From Octopus vulgaris (taxonomy: Eukaryota), in NCBI GenBank assembly GCA_951406725.2, contig OX597816.1, positions 41,912,001 through 41,976,000 on the forward strand: a DNA stretch of 64,000 bases, in the 5' to 3' direction. This document shows, in pieces, positions 1 to 14,445 of the stretch. Position numbers and translations under genes: made by a program. Below the pieces are notes generated by a model. That model was not told the origin of the DNA and did not search any database. It worked only from the letters and a program-made list of their open reading frames with translations. How positions within the stretch are numbered: the stretch's first letter is position 1; every line of letters begins with the position of its first letter.

Positions 1-751
1 CGTATTCTTCCGTATATCCCCATAAATGTTACTAGTATGTTGTTGCATATATATTCTTTTTAGTGGAATAAGAGTTAAAGATCCTGAACAAGTGCATAAA
101 GTTTTGTTTTGTTTTCCTCTTTATTCTTTCACTGCGAATTTTTTGAATTAAAGTTATGTCCCCATGGGCTACTTGATACCAATTGAATATACTTCATACC
201 AACTACTCAGACAGAGATTAATATACAAAATAAATACCTCCACTTAAACGTCTTCGTTATGTTTCATTTGTCTTATCGATGGATGAAATCTCAATAACTG
301 ATTTAAAGAGATTTAATCTTGCAGCAGTAAAATACAAAGAAACAAGCTGATGGTGGCGTCAATAGTATCATGATTCGTTTATAAATATCATTTTGACATT
401 CAAGTGTGCATTCATTTACCTAAAATGTCTCCGATATCGGTATTAACAAAGCAAATTCAACGCATAATTATATATATGTAAAAAAAAAAGGTAGAGGACA
501 ATGAACGCAGCGTATCGTCTCCAATTGTATATAGAAGATAAATATTTGCACATTAACGGATAGGATAGTAAATAATGGATACATTTTTGCGATACTTAGT
601 AAAAGTAATATGTCATGGCCTATGAATACATATGTATAAAAGCATATGTAGCTATCGGGCTACATATGTATATACACGTATACATATATATATACGTACT
701 TAAATATATATATACAGGTGAGAAAGTTGGTGTGTGAAAGCACGTGGTTAG

Positions 752-1404
752 ATATATAAAAAGTAGAACAGAGTGAAAAAATTACAGAAGGCGTGTTTTC
801 TAAGGTTAAAGAATATATTTAAGTCGTTATGTTAGAAAAATGTTATAAAATTTTGTGTATTGTAACATAGTTTTTGGAGAAAAAGGTTTCGTGTAAACTT
901 TTCAATTTCTCAAAGTTCTTTACCTACAGCGTGTCATGTCTTCGTTATGAAGTGCAAAGAAGAGTTCCAGGCATAGGGAGGTAATAAGGGATTTCTTCCG
1001 GTATAAGGGAGATAATCACTTTATTTATTTATTTATTTTAATGGGATGAGTTTCTCTGTATAATAATGTTCGGATGGTTAAGTTCAGGCTTATATTTTTC
1101 AATGAAGAATGTTTCTTTGTTTAATCTAATTTGTGTTGGTGTTGAGAAATGCGCAAAGCAACTACTGCCACAATTTTTAATCTTTCCATTCTATCAATGT
1201 GCTATTGGAACACCAACACTAATTAGATTAAACAAAGAAACATTCTTCATTGAAAAATATAAGCCTGAACTTAACCGTCCGAACATTATGTTACTATACA
1301 CAAAATTTCATAACATTTTTCTAACATAACGACTTAAATATATTCTTTAACCTTAGAAAACAAGCCTTCTGTAGTTTTTTCACTCTTTCCTATTTTTTAT
1401 ATAT
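752..1404. mobile_element. Penelope-like element 3' remnant in an inverted (foldback) arrangement
   Basis: Nested inverted arms 752-869/1287-1404 and 1063-1143/1209-1289. The + frame reads FLIFPFYQ...IRLNKETFFIEKYKPELN, which resembles the C-terminus of a PLE GIY-YIG endonuclease. Confidence 0.7.
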
Positions 1405-4365
1405 ATGCATATATACATACATAGGCACAAACATACATATGCCTATATTTACATACATACACTCACACACACAAGCACACATCCATATGTACTTATGTAA
1501 ATACAGATACATATGCATATATATACAGTATACACATATACATACATAGACACACAGACACACAAACACACACATTCACAAACGCATATACATTTATACG
1601 AATGCACAAATATACAAATATGCATACAGCAATACGCATGCATGCATATTCCTTCACTTATGTGCATCCCTCACACACACATACACACATATATGTAAGC
1701 ATGTGTGTGTAGCATGCATCACTCTTGTTCGTCATAACTTTATACAATAACGCATGAAGGATACCACTGCATTTTCATTTCATTGTATTTTTTTTTAATT
1801 ACTGTTACCTTCCAAATCTATGATTATTTACTTACATGTCTTCAAAGGATTAAAGGATTGATTTCAAGAGTATTATGTAAAGATAAATTGAAATACAAAT
1901 CTAATGCAATTCAGTTGTTGACATGACAGAGTGGTGATTTCGAAACGATGCAAGAACAGAAAAAATAATTTAAATGCTGGTCCTTTGACAACCACAGCGT
2001 GCTTGTATAGTGCTATTTCTTCCGGGCATGTCAATCTTAACTACAAATTTCATCATGGCGCTCCTGCGCGTGTGGCTTAATAATTCACCCTGTTGAACAA
2101 TATCACTTTAGTATTTCGGTGTCGTCAGTGGTGTTTCCCCTGTGCAAGCACGAATGCCAATTCTGTAGTTCCGTGATATTTTATCTTTGCTCCAATCTCA
2201 CAGGCCATGGAATGGGCGATGGACATCTTTCACCATTTAGGAGAAGGGAAAACATACGAATAAGGCATACTGTTTCATTTTTTTTATATCAGGAAGAAAT
2301 CATACTCTCTTTTGGGATAGTACACAGGATCATACAAATTCAGGCATATGTTATGATTATGTATACAGGGAGCGAGATGCACGCTAGAGATGAAAACGAT
2401 TGGAAGGAAAACTTAGGTGCTTGCCACAGGGATCCAAATAAATATCATCATTTTCTCATGATGTGAAAAGTTCAGCAATCTCATGTAAAGACGATATGCG
2501 GGAAGAGAAATACAATGATAAATTTGAAATATCAGCTCACTGCATAACTTCTTTATAGCATTGTGTATGCATGAAATGTTGAAATTGCAGCAATACATGT
2601 GAGAGAGAGAAAGAGCAAATCTAATGTTCAATGCTTAGTAAAAATTTGAACTGACTCAAATTGAGCTGAAGATGTGTGCCGTAGAATTTAAATGATTCGA
2701 TAGCCATATATGTTTCCTTTTCAGAAAATTAATACATGTTTCTGTCGCTGCTGTGTATTTTATCGCATTAATTACATATTTTCACACTTCTACTTAAATA
2801 GTTGAGATGATAAAAGAAGCCAACGCTAGGAGCCTCTCATTGCCATATCGGTTACGTTGTTCTTTATGATATATGTTTATGATATAATAGCTGTACAGTT
2901 TCCGAGGTCATACTAACTTTCATGATTATCTGTCTAGCCGTTTTTGAAATAAACTTTGGGCCTGAATACTCTAATTCTCCAATTTGTGAATATCTGGCAT
3001 TGCTTTTAATTGAGATCTGCGCCCATACATATAAAATAGTTATTTAAGATAATCAAAATCAATGGAATTTAAATTGCAACAACAGTGGTAACTTTAATTT
3101 TTACCTTCTCTTCGTTGCATGTGATGCAAAACAAACTTAAATGTAAAATGTAAAAGAAACGTAAGAGAAATTTGTATAATTCCAAAACTTAATATTAATA
3201 TCAAAGTAGAAGTGAGATATTGACATTTCTTCACAATAATGTAAAGTCCGTGGAAACCCTTTCCCATGTTATTTCTTAATATAGGTTTACATTGCCTCGG
3301 CAATATAAAGTCAAACATCAATTGCATAAGTTAAATTGTTAAATTGAAACGCTGAAGAAAATGAGTTTATTAATGCATTGGGCATCGTATTTATCTTTTA
3401 AAATAGAACACTAGATTGTATATTAATACTTAAGCAGAGGTACCTCACGTTAAAAAGGAGCAAAATCTCAAAGAAATTTGTTAAGTGCTATAAATATGAT
3501 CAGTTTAAACATATACGTTGGAACATAAATCACGACTGACATATTTTATGAAGTGATTTTATCAATCTATTGGGGAAGCAATCATTAGTTCAGTCTTTGA
3601 TGTATCATAAGTGATATTGACTGCAAAATTGATATAATATACATGAAAGGAAACTAAAAATGTAAGATAAATGTTAGAAGTGGTTACCATTCTTTGAAAT
3701 CCGTAGTTGTGTATTTTTTTTTAAATAAATGGAAAAATTCTCAATAAAAATATTTGGATCTTAATAGATAAACCTCTTTGATAATCGATTAGACTGCATA
3801 TTTTTGTTTGCAACACTTGATTTAAACACAGTTTAAAATTTTATTTCATACTGACTTGTGCAAAGATAAAACATTTTATTAGAAGGAACATATCGTATAT
3901 TACATTGTATGTGATGTAGGGAATATTACTGGGATAAATGTGAAGAAAATTCACCAATTTAAAATTTGAACCAGACATGTACTTTCTACCCAGGTAAAGC
4001 AACTCCAGATTTTAACTTATTTCAATTCCCTTTTAAATTCATCCATAGAAAGAAAGCACTGCTCAATTGTAACTATTATTTTAGTGAAAAAGGTTCGGTT
4101 TATTTAGTAAATATTCATTATTATTGTAAACATATTGATTTACTGAGAATTCACATGCGGATATAAATACAGCGATGCATGTAAATTTATTTCGACAAAT
4201 CATATTTGATATCCGAACATTTAGTTCAACGAACTTCCAATGAGTCGCAGGAGCCATACACCGAGCAGCCGTTAACTTGTTATTTATGAAGAGACAACAA
4301 ACGAGGACAACATGCTAATACTATCATTTATTTTACTATGATGTCTAATTATTTGAATGTATACG

Positions 4366-4751
4366 TTAGTTAGTTAGTTAGTTAATTTGGCTCAAATGCA
4401 AATAGCAAGGCCATGTAGGGGGACATGGAGTTAAGTACAGGGTGGTGTTCATGTAAAGAGTTCAGGCCACTTGAGGTCAAGGGAGGCTTTGAACAAAGCG
4501 GTCGTCGGCATCTTCACCATCTCGTCTGGCAGCTTGTTCCACGGATCCGCAACCCGGACGGAGAAAGCTCCTCTCCTTCAATTGAGATGAAATAGTCGCA
4601 GGTAGAGCTTTTCGGAATGACCCCGCAGCCGACGCTCTGGAGCAGGAGTGAAGAACAGCTCTTTCGAGAGGTTACACTTTCCGCTTATGATGTTGTGGGC
4701 GAGAATGAGATCACCACGGCGGCGGCGTTTTTCAAGAGAATAAAGGTCGAA
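4366..4751 (-). mobile_element. CR1-group LINE, 5'-truncated 3' end
   Basis: Minus strand reads LYSLEKRRRRGDLI...LRGHSEKL...FSVRVADPWNKLP...FKASLD and ends in a (CTAA)n tail. Confidence 0.85.
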
Positions 4752-5039
4752 TAGAGGTTAATTACATGACAGTAACGATCGTGTAAATATATAACTTATT
4801 GTGTTATTTGACAGGTGTTTTAGATATGAAAACATAAATCAAGGTTCAGTGGTTGATTAATTGGTCACCATAAACATTCTATTTCAGAATCACTCCCAAC
4901 ACGTAATAAGTTGGGTGAGTGTTTCTCTAGTATCCGCTCACTAGTTAAATAGCATTTCAGTCACAAGGATGTAAAATTTGCATATAAGTGTACACACACA
5001 CATATACAAATGAACACTATATTATATTTGTTTCTTGTT

Positions 5040-5085
5040 AACACAACGTTTCGGCTTATATACCCTCCAGCATTCATCAGGTGTC
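5040..5085 (-). ncRNA. Minimal type I hammerhead ribozyme in a PLE pseudo-LTR
   Basis: Minus strand: GACAC-CUGAUGA-A-UGCU..AGCC-GAAAC-GU-U-GUGUU. Stem I is GACAC/GUGUU and stem III is the palindrome AACGUU. Confidence 0.7.
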
Positions 5086-5139
5086 TTGGGGGTCATTTCG
5101 AACCTGCGTTCTCATTCCTAAATTATTTTTCCATGTTAC

Positions 5140-5179
<40 letters not shown>

Positions 5180-5181
<2 letters not shown>

Positions 5182-5240
5182 AGAATCGAACTCAGAATCT
5201 TGGGGTTAGTAGCCCGCGCTCTTAACCACTACGTCATATG
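5180..5240 (-). repeat. tRNA-derived SINE-type head with A/B boxes
   Basis: Minus strand: TGACGTAGTGGTTAAGAGCG...GAGTTCGATTC. Confidence 0.6.
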
Positions 5241-7960
5241 TGCGTGGGCAATTACGGGGTGAAATTTTGGGTTTATAAATTTAATATCCTTCCTTAATAC
5301 CGGTTCCCATATGCTGTTCATATCTGCACTCGGTCTGCTTATGAGGTCGGTGTATCCTAGTATATGTGCTACTTCGTTTAGTTTTCGTATATTCAAGTGG
5401 TGTTCTCTGTGTATTATTTGAATTTCATCCCACAGGAGGAGGTGGTCTCCATTTTTCCATACATGATCATGATTAATCAAAATCTCCCCTTGTCACAGCT
5501 TTGCGATGTTTCTGTACCCTTATTTTGAGGGGCAGTATGTTGCGCCTTTGTCTCAACTTTGCGACAACCATCAAGCACATTCCATACTTGGATATAGTAG
5601 CCCTACTGAAGAGATAGCCATAAAGATTCAAAAACACAAGGAGATGAAGTAAGGAGGAAAGTGAGGCAAGTACTAGAATAAGCGAAACTTCCCAAGCCAA
5701 ACATCACTAGGGAAGACACGCTCGCTATCAAAAGACTACGGAGTGACAATTCCATCATAATACTTCCAGCAGGCAACGGAAATGCTACTGTGGTGATGAA
5801 CAAGTCTGACCACTTGGGAAAATTGGTAAGTTTTATAAGTGATGGTAGCTAAATCAAAGTAAAGAAAGACCCTACTTTGAAAACAGAGTGGAAGTTGTTT
5901 CAGATCCTGATCAAGAACAAGCATCACTTTACATCAGTGATATACAGACAACTAACTCAACACCACAGTAAACTACCACACATGTACGCTCTTCCTAAGA
6001 TTCACAATTAGGAACTATAGTGAGCTCTAGAGATTCAGCATGTCATCCATTGAGCCACTTCTTTGTGGACACATCAGTCCATTAGCAGTAAAGTCAATAT
6101 TGTATGTGAAGAATTCCACCTAATTCCCAGAATTGATCAAGGATCTAACCAGATAGTGAGTTTTGATGTGATAAGTCTGTTCACCGAAAATCTTAACTGG
6201 TAAAGCACTATTGGTGATTCAAGAGAAACTAGTGACAGGCACCCATCTAAAAGAACGCACTAGTATACCAATAAGAAACTTTATGTAGAAACTACATACT
6301 TCAGTATGGATACTGATATATATATATATATATATATCGACAAGAAGATATGTCGTGTCTATTTGAGACAAGACATATATTGTTTTAGATATGAGAAGTA
6401 CACGGCAGTTTCATGCATCATCTCAAATATGGAAATATTCCATTCATCTGGTCATGAGGCATAATAGATTCAGGATTTCCATACCAGGGTCAACGCTCGG
6501 CCTGTAATCTATGTTTAACAGGGGCATACCACATATTAAAACACGACTCTTCAATACTCCTAAATAAATATTATGAGGCTATAGGTAAATGGGACCACCG
6601 CTTTCTTCATAACTTCAAATTTTACCACAAATCGAAATGCTACCAAAATCACCACACAGTACATATTACGAAAACTCTGAGGTAAGCCCCAGGAATCCTA
6701 TTTGACATCCCATCATCGCCGTTTTTAAGTAGCACTACAATCTCATTTTTTAATTGTTTACGAATACATATATGGACATGTATATGGATATATATGTATG
6801 TATTATATGTGTGTGCGGTGTGTGTATGCATACACACCACACACATATATATATATATATATACGCATACATATATGTGCATATATGCGTATAGGATTAA
6901 GAACATAAGTATGCGGACCTATATAATAGAGCATATACACACGTATATGCATGTGTGTATACGCGTGCGTATATCAATATACGCTCCTTTCTCTCTCTAA
7001 TTTCTCATCCCTCACTATCACATTATCCAGTAGAATAAACACCTCCACCTAATTTTTCAATCTTTTCTATTATAACTTATAATTCTTCCATTCCTTTTTG
7101 AGGTTTACTACTTACTTTAGTAACGACGCCGTACCATTTTCTGTACCCAGTCCTTAGTGCATTTCATTTATAACACTCCTCCTAACACACGTCACACATA
7201 TTCATTCCTTACATCCTTATCTCTTCCTATCCCTCCCCCACACCTCTCCCATCCCCGTTATAATATATTGGCCACCAACTAACACTCTTTTTCCCTTTTC
7301 TCTTCCGCTTTCATTTTTCTTTCATCTTTCCTCACCTATTCCTTTTGACCACTCTTCTAATTTTAACATATCCATATTTTCTCACCTCGCTATCTATATA
7401 ATACTACTACTATTCCATTCTCAAAATTTCATTCGCGCCACTAGACCCCTTTGAATGAACAGCACATAGAATCTAAGTCTCCACACTTTCTGTTTGTAAT
7501 GACAAAATATGAACTCCTACCGGAAATTACATAACATGGATCAGAAGCATTTCTACCATTTCTACAAATCATTTTACTCGGATAATGGAACTGTAACTAT
7601 ATGATGCTTCACATATTCTTATTTCCCTTTCTACTTGCTATTTCCATCCTTTGCCAAAATACCTCCTTGTATTGAAATCTACTACTTCCCTCTATTAAAC
7701 AAACTCACATCCTCTCTGATGAATATATATTCCTAATATCCCAGAATCATCTGTCACTCTAACTTTTTCTATATAAATGACCTGAAATTTCCACACAGAC
7801 ATGCCTTTGTTGTCTCATTTTGTTTAAACAATACATGCTCGTACAAGAGCCGCATTAGACTGCTCAGTCATATTGTTATCGAATCGAGAGTTTAACTACG
7901 GTCCTTCCATAGCACTTACATGGCATTACCCGTCATCTTGGGTTTTCTGGATGCCAATAA

Positions 7961-8015
<55 letters not shown>

Positions 8016-8549
8016 GTGTGTATATACATATATACATACATAAATAATACATACAGACACACACAAACATATATATATGTATATATAATTATCCTGTGCC
8101 GAAGTAGAGAAAGAGCCTAGAAACCATGGTTCGCAGGTAGCGCCTAAGGATGAGTGGGGACATTAGCTCCCTTGTTCGAGGTAGATTTTACTCTGTAGTA
8201 CTGTTGCTACTTATTTCTTGCTCTCAGATTTAAAATTAATTGTTTCCCCTTTACGAAATGAGTAACTGTGTGCCACTTCAAAGGTCTAAACCACGAACAA
8301 GTGCTGCCACCTCAGGCTAGCGGTTATCCTGTGCCGATAAAATGAAATAATCCAGAAACCATGATCCGCAATTATCGTTTAAGGCTCAGTTGGGACATTA
8401 GTTAGAGGTTTAAGGATGCAGTTGTGCGTCGGTAGCCAGCTGGGAAAGTGTTTTCCTGAGGTTAAAAGGGATTGTAACTTCCTCCTAATCAAAACTGCCA
8501 ATTTATTTTGGCAAACATATTTTATTCTCTCTCCCCCCCTCTCTCTCTC

Positions 8550-8594
<45 letters not shown>

Positions 8595-9734
8595 GCACAT
8601 GTGAGTATGTATGTCTGCATGTGTGTGAGTGCATTTTACAACTATTTTCCGTCATAACAGGCATTTCTGGATATATATACATTTGTCTTCATTTATTTAG
8701 AAAATATTCACCGACGATACAAAAAAGAGAAGAAATAAGATAAGAATATCAACTTTGCAATTATTTTCAAACTCTCAAATAAACAATCTTGGCATTTAAG
8801 AGTAGACATAGCTTAACATTATGACATTTGCAATCAACAATCAATATAAAAATTAACTCCAACTTTCTCGAATTGAATATATTATAATTTTTACTTAAAC
8901 TTTCACACTTGAAATATTAACAGCAATATATAATAAAATATTAAAATAGTTTAGTGTTCATAAATACGTATAAACGTATAAGAATTAACAGTAGAAATTA
9001 TGTTTATCCTGTACAATTTTACTTTACAGCAGCATTGAAAACATTGAAAACAGAGTCTGAAAAATATTTCCTCGAAATTTAACAGAACATTTGTGGAAAT
9101 ATAGTACTGCATTTGATTTTCAAACGTACGTGACCTCATCATATATTATCCACTTTGTGTTACCATGTTACTAGCTTTTCTTAAAGATATCGTCTGAAGT
9201 AATGCTGCCAACTGCGTTCACCACAGAGCGTCAAACTTGTAAGGGAACTTGCGGCAATCCAGCGCTAATACACAATGAATATTGAGTCGGTGAAATAGAT
9301 GAGCTACTGGGAGAGGTTAAAAGAAATGAAGCTTTATCCCCTGGAGACAAGGTGGGATATACAGTGATTCACATATGGGGAATCCTGGAGTTCTAGCTCC
9401 CAGCTTTGGAATTAAAAGCTATGCCAACTGGAAGGCACTGCATACCAAATATCTCGTCTTCTCCGTCTGAAGTAAGGGCCCATTATTGCAAAAGGCGAGG
9501 AACTGAAGGCAAGGGATAAAGCACCATTCACCAACTTAAACAAAGAAGAGGTGCAGGAAACTCGGAATTTTTTTGGAGGCCGTCGTTGAAGCCGATGGAT
9601 GGTTTTGTTGAATAAATTTACTCTTTAGTATCTCAAGATATTTTTATATTAATTTGGTAAATATATCTGTTAAAATGAGATGAGTTATTTTACTTTTTGC
9701 GTACTTTAGACGACAATATATTCACCGCACACTG

Positions 9735-9794
<60 letters not shown>

Positions 9795-9810
9795 CATACA
9801 TATATAACAC

Positions 9811-9845
<35 letters not shown>

Positions 9846-10029
9846 TGTATATACATATATATATATATATATACATACATATATATATATGCATATATAA
9901 ATATATATATATACATGTGTGTATATATATATATATATATATTCAGTGAATCAATTGCCAACTAAATGACTCGACATTAAAAATAATACTCACATCTCGT
10001 CTTAAGACAAATATTTACCAAAATTACAT

Positions 10030-10545
10030 TAAAAGATCTTGAAATACTAAGGAGTAAATTTATTCAATATAATCACCATTGTCTTCAATCACGTCCTCCT
10101 GATGACCTCCGGATATCTTGCAACTCTTCTAGACGTTCTCCTCGCTGAAGATTGTGAATGCTTCCACAATACTTGACCTCAGTTCAACTTTGTTGTACAA
10201 GGAGTTTTGTTGGTCTCTCGCTCAACTGCGGCCTACACAATAATCAAAGTCATTGCAGTCTGGGGAGTTAGATGGCCAGATGTTAGGGGTGATGTAGTCA
10301 GAGAAATTGTCTGACAGCTATGAATGTGTTCTCCAGTTTGTTTGGCATAGTGCAGAGTCCTAATGCCAGATATAGGGTCTTCTAGCAGTCACCCGCCTGA
10401 CCCAGGGCAGCACTAACTCCTCTAGGAACATGTTGAGTCAGATGCCATGTAGGAAAATGAATGGAGGCATAACATTGCCATCACTAGTGAGCACTACAAA
10501 AACTATGATGTTGACTGGATGTTTGAATTTTATAACTCTTGGTAC
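10030..10545 (-). mobile_element. Tc1/mariner (maT/DD37D-like) transposase relic
   Basis: Minus strand reads LSDNFSDYITPNIWPSNSPDCNDFDY..AAVERETN, with stops and frameshifts. Confidence 0.75.
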
Positions 10546-10838
10546 ATGCCCTCAGAATGCACTATCCTCAACTTGACACCCAAACACACTGAAATGGTCG
10601 TACAGTAGCTTCTGGTGTGAATGCCTAGCAGTAGAGCATGTCGTTTTGAACTTTCCGGCAAACAGAATTTTATCATGGTTCTGTTTGTCTTGAAGACTGT
10701 GCCCAAACGACCCTACTATAATGTGTAGTCGACAAAATCAAAACCACACAATGGGCTTGCGGATGTATATGTATGTATGTATGTATGTATGTTTGTACAT
10801 ATATACATACATACTTACACACACACACATGTATGCAA

Positions 10839-10895
<57 letters not shown>

Positions 10896-10964
10896 TATAT
10901 ATATATATATATATATATATTGATTCGGATGGTACGGGAAAGCCTATATTTCTCTTTCGAGGGC

Positions 10965-11014
<50 letters not shown>

Positions 11015-11830
11015 CACATATGCATGCGTGCGTGCGTGCATTTGTGTGTGTGTGTTTGTTTGAAGGCGCGTGGCCAAGTCGTTTCCATGTGCCCTCCTGT
11101 TCGAGCCATTGACGTTTCAAGTCACAGCGCGAGTGGTAGGTTGTGTCCATGAGCAAAGTACCATATCTCACGCTGCTTTCAAATTACTTGTGCTCCGTTG
11201 TGTTATATAGTCTACATCTGTTCAACGTCAATTCCCTGGCAGGACTGAGCTAATGTACTGCTCATACATGTGGCCAAGATAAACAAATAATTTTTCCAGG
11301 TTGTTCAACCTCATTCAACAAGAGATTCTATCACCTATGCACGCATACTTTACATGTGCTACGTCCTTGCGCTGTTTTTCTTGTCTTTTCTCTCCGTTTT
11401 TTTTAAAATTAAGTACAAGCACACATGCACGCATATACTTATATATATTTCAAATATAAGGGAGTAGAAATCCAAAAATTACTTTGAGTGTAGCATCTCT
11501 TGTTACATTGTTTCATTATTTCATTTACGGGATATACTGTGAACGAAATGAGATTATATACATATAAAATTAAAACAGTTTAGGAGATCGAAAATCCAAC
11601 TGACGAATGTCATTGAAGACATGAAACGATTGTAGTGGCGGTTTATTTCTTTATATTAAAAATTTTTTATGTATTGATTAAGTCTTTCCTTGTTTGTTTT
11701 GCAAAATAGTGGTTTTGTCTCGAATTAATATTATATAATATTTTACTATAAAATTGGATTTAATCCTAAATCTGATTTTTTCCCTGTAAATTTGGATTTA
11801 TTCCCTAATATTTATTATTATATATATATA

Positions 11831-12185
11831 TTCCTTTATTTTTTATCTGTTTTAGTCATTTGTCTTTGGCCATGCTGTATCCTTTAGTCGAAAAGATCGA
11901 CCCCAGGGCTTATTCTTTATAAACCTAGCACTTCCATTGTTCTCTTTTGCCGAACAACTAGGTTACGGGGACGTAAATACACCAACATAGGTTGTGAACC
12001 GATGGTGGGGGGGGGGCAAATACAGACACACAAACTTATACATATATACATCATGCTTCTTTCAGTTTCTGTCTACCACATCCACTCACAAGTCTATAGT
12101 AAAAGACAATTGCTCAAGGTGCCAGGCAGAAGAACTGAACCCGGAACCATGAGGCTGGTAAGCTACTAAACACATTGCCACGCCT
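11831..12185 (-). mobile_element. tRNA-derived SINE (family A), degenerate
   Basis: Similar along its length to the copies at 41235-41684 and 43295-43740. Confidence 0.8.
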
Positions 12186-12188
12186 AAG

Positions 12189-12228
<40 letters not shown>

Positions 12229-12255
12229 TACACACACAAACACATACACACACAT

Positions 12256-12292
<37 letters not shown>

Positions 12293-12642
12293 GAAAATAG
12301 CTATAAGAAATGAATGTTATAAATATACAGAGAAGTAACGTTATCGCCACATCAATACAGCTGCTCCACAACATTACAGCCGATTTTATCCTCAGCAGGA
12401 GCCTGTTTCAGCTGGTTATAGATGCACATTACACCCGGTATGAATTGTAAGCAGAAGAAGAAACCCCTAACATCTTCTAGTAGACGTCAGGATCACAAAA
12501 GCACACGCTTTCGAGCTATTTCTACCCATCACCGATGGTGAGCACCTGGCCCCTAACGGTAGCAGTATTCGCTCGAGCTCGCAATATATAGAAAACCAAG
12601 CGGCAGTCAGTCCTTCTGGTGTGTCGGAAAAATTTACTTCTC

Positions 12643-12695
<53 letters not shown>

Positions 12696-12750
12696 TGTGC
12701 CTGTGTGTGTGTGTGTATTTAAAGGGCTAAAAAACCAATATGCGGTTAGC

Positions 12751-12794
12751 CATATGCTAGAAGTAGATGGCAGGTGATCTACTTCTAGCATATG
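12751..12794. repeat. Perfect 18-bp hairpin
   Basis: CATATGCTAGAAGTAGAT-ggcaggtg-ATCTACTTCTAGCATATG. Confidence 0.9.
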
Positions 12795-12937
12795 AGAACC
12801 ACATAGTGTTCTTTTAGCACATTAAATATACACATGTATTAGAATTTTCTCTGATACTTCAGATTTTTGTATGCTAGGCTACTGGTTTTAAATTGATATT
12901 AATTAAACTAACATTCAATTTATCTCCCTCATTATTT

Positions 12938-12977
<40 letters not shown>

Positions 12978-13787
12978 CGTGTTCCAAATAAAACTGTCCG
13001 ACGATCGGGAACGGGAGACACTGGGCAACTGTTTTTTTTCTGATATTTTTGCTTCTTTTTAATAAAGTATGTATGTTTATGCTTGTTTGAAATAGAACTC
13101 TTCACTATCCTTTTGTAGCCCATATTAGACGGTTGGAAATAAAAGTTTATTTACTTATTTCAAAGTAATATATAACGGTAGAGTTCAGATCTGTGTTTAT
13201 TCTTCGTTATATATTTAAAGTTTAAAAATAGAAATTCGTTCTTGTGTGTACTCAAATCGGAAGGGATATGTCAGACTTTGCACTGTTATCTGCAAATTTT
13301 CTGAAACGGGTATCTGAATAAAACTATAGTACAACATCTGATTTGAAAATTTAGAAGTGTATACGAAAGATTAGCAGTTGTTGAGGACTACGGCCTAGCC
13401 TAACATTCACGATTCCAAATACTGGTCTTTTTGGGATCAAAAGGACACACGCACTATATAGTCATTCTCCTAAGCAAATTTGGTATTGCACTCATTTTAT
13501 GTCCTATGTGTGGAAATATTTCCGCATATCTCCTGTGATTTCTTCAGGAGGAGACACGTGTGATGGCCATTCACTGAAGTGGCTACAGGATGTGTGACGA
13601 TTGCAGTTCAGACAAAGAACAACAAATACGAACAGTATTTACTTTAAAGTTAAGAACGAATATATAGTGCATGTGCTTATTTGTTTCCTTCCCCCAAAGA
13701 AAAAAAGAAAAAAAAAGAAAATCCTGAAATAGAGTAGTATCAGTTTCTACACACGATTACACATCGGAAATCTTAGAAACCAAATAC

Positions 13788-13886
<99 letters not shown>

Positions 13887-13962
13887 ATATGTATATATAT
13901 AAATATACATATATTTATGTGTGTGTGTGTGTGTGTATACATATATTTATATATAATTATTT

Positions 13963-14105
13963 TTTCAGAATAAGATAAAAAAAGAGGGCTGTGAAGATTG
14001 TAGTACATTTATAAATAGAAGATCTTAGAGCTTCTTATAAATAGAAGGTCTTCTAATTATAAATGTAAAATCTTCACAGCCATGGTTTTCTATCTCATTC
14101 AGAAA
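13963..14105. repeat. Imperfect ~140-bp palindrome (MITE-like foldback)
   Basis: Arms 13963-14022 and 14049-14105, e.g. GGCTGTGAAGATT/AATCTTCACAGCC and TACATTTATAA/TTATAAATGTA. Confidence 0.75.
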
Positions 14106-14269
14106 TTTAATAAAATATATACCTACACACTCTGATATACGACCTACATTGGACTCCTTATTCGCATAATCACCGAACCTGGAGGTTAACTATTGTCTAT
14201 CCATAGTACTTACTCAGCATTACCTGACACTTTCGGGGCTTACTGACACCATCATCTCTCATAACCCCT

Positions 14270-14349
<80 letters not shown>

Positions 14350-14352
<3 letters not shown>

Positions 14353-14377
14353 GTGTATCTATGGAGAGGAAAGAGAG

Positions 14378-14412
<35 letters not shown>

Positions 14413-14444
14413 AGTATCTCTCTTTCCTCTCCATAGATACACTA

Positions 14445-14445
<1 letters not shown>
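14350..14445. repeat. Perfect 32-bp inverted repeat around a (TA)n core
   Basis: TTAGTGTATCTATGGAGAGGAAAGAGAGATAC ... GTATCTCTCTTTCCTCTCCATAGATACACTAA, extended outward by (TG)n/(CA)n. Confidence 0.9.

Larger units (their letters stand above)
5010..6350. mobile_element. Degenerate Penelope/Poseidon-type PLE: inverted GIY-YIG 3' end and pseudo-LTR (minus) joined to an RT N-terminal relic (plus)
   Basis: Plus 5690-6340: KPNITRED..IKRLRSDNSIIILPAGNGNATVVM, PHMYALPKIH, VSFDVISLFT. Minus 5229-5580: PLKIRVQKHRKAV, HVWKNGDHLLLWDEIQII..RKLNE..RPS. Many frameshifts. Confidence 0.8.

Noticed and set aside
2119-2466. 115-aa ORF as a host exon
   Set aside because: No recognisable domain or splice support.
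7712-7760. CTGATGA...CCAGAATCATCTGTC hammerhead relic
   Set aside because: The GAAA box and the stems are too decayed to support a call.
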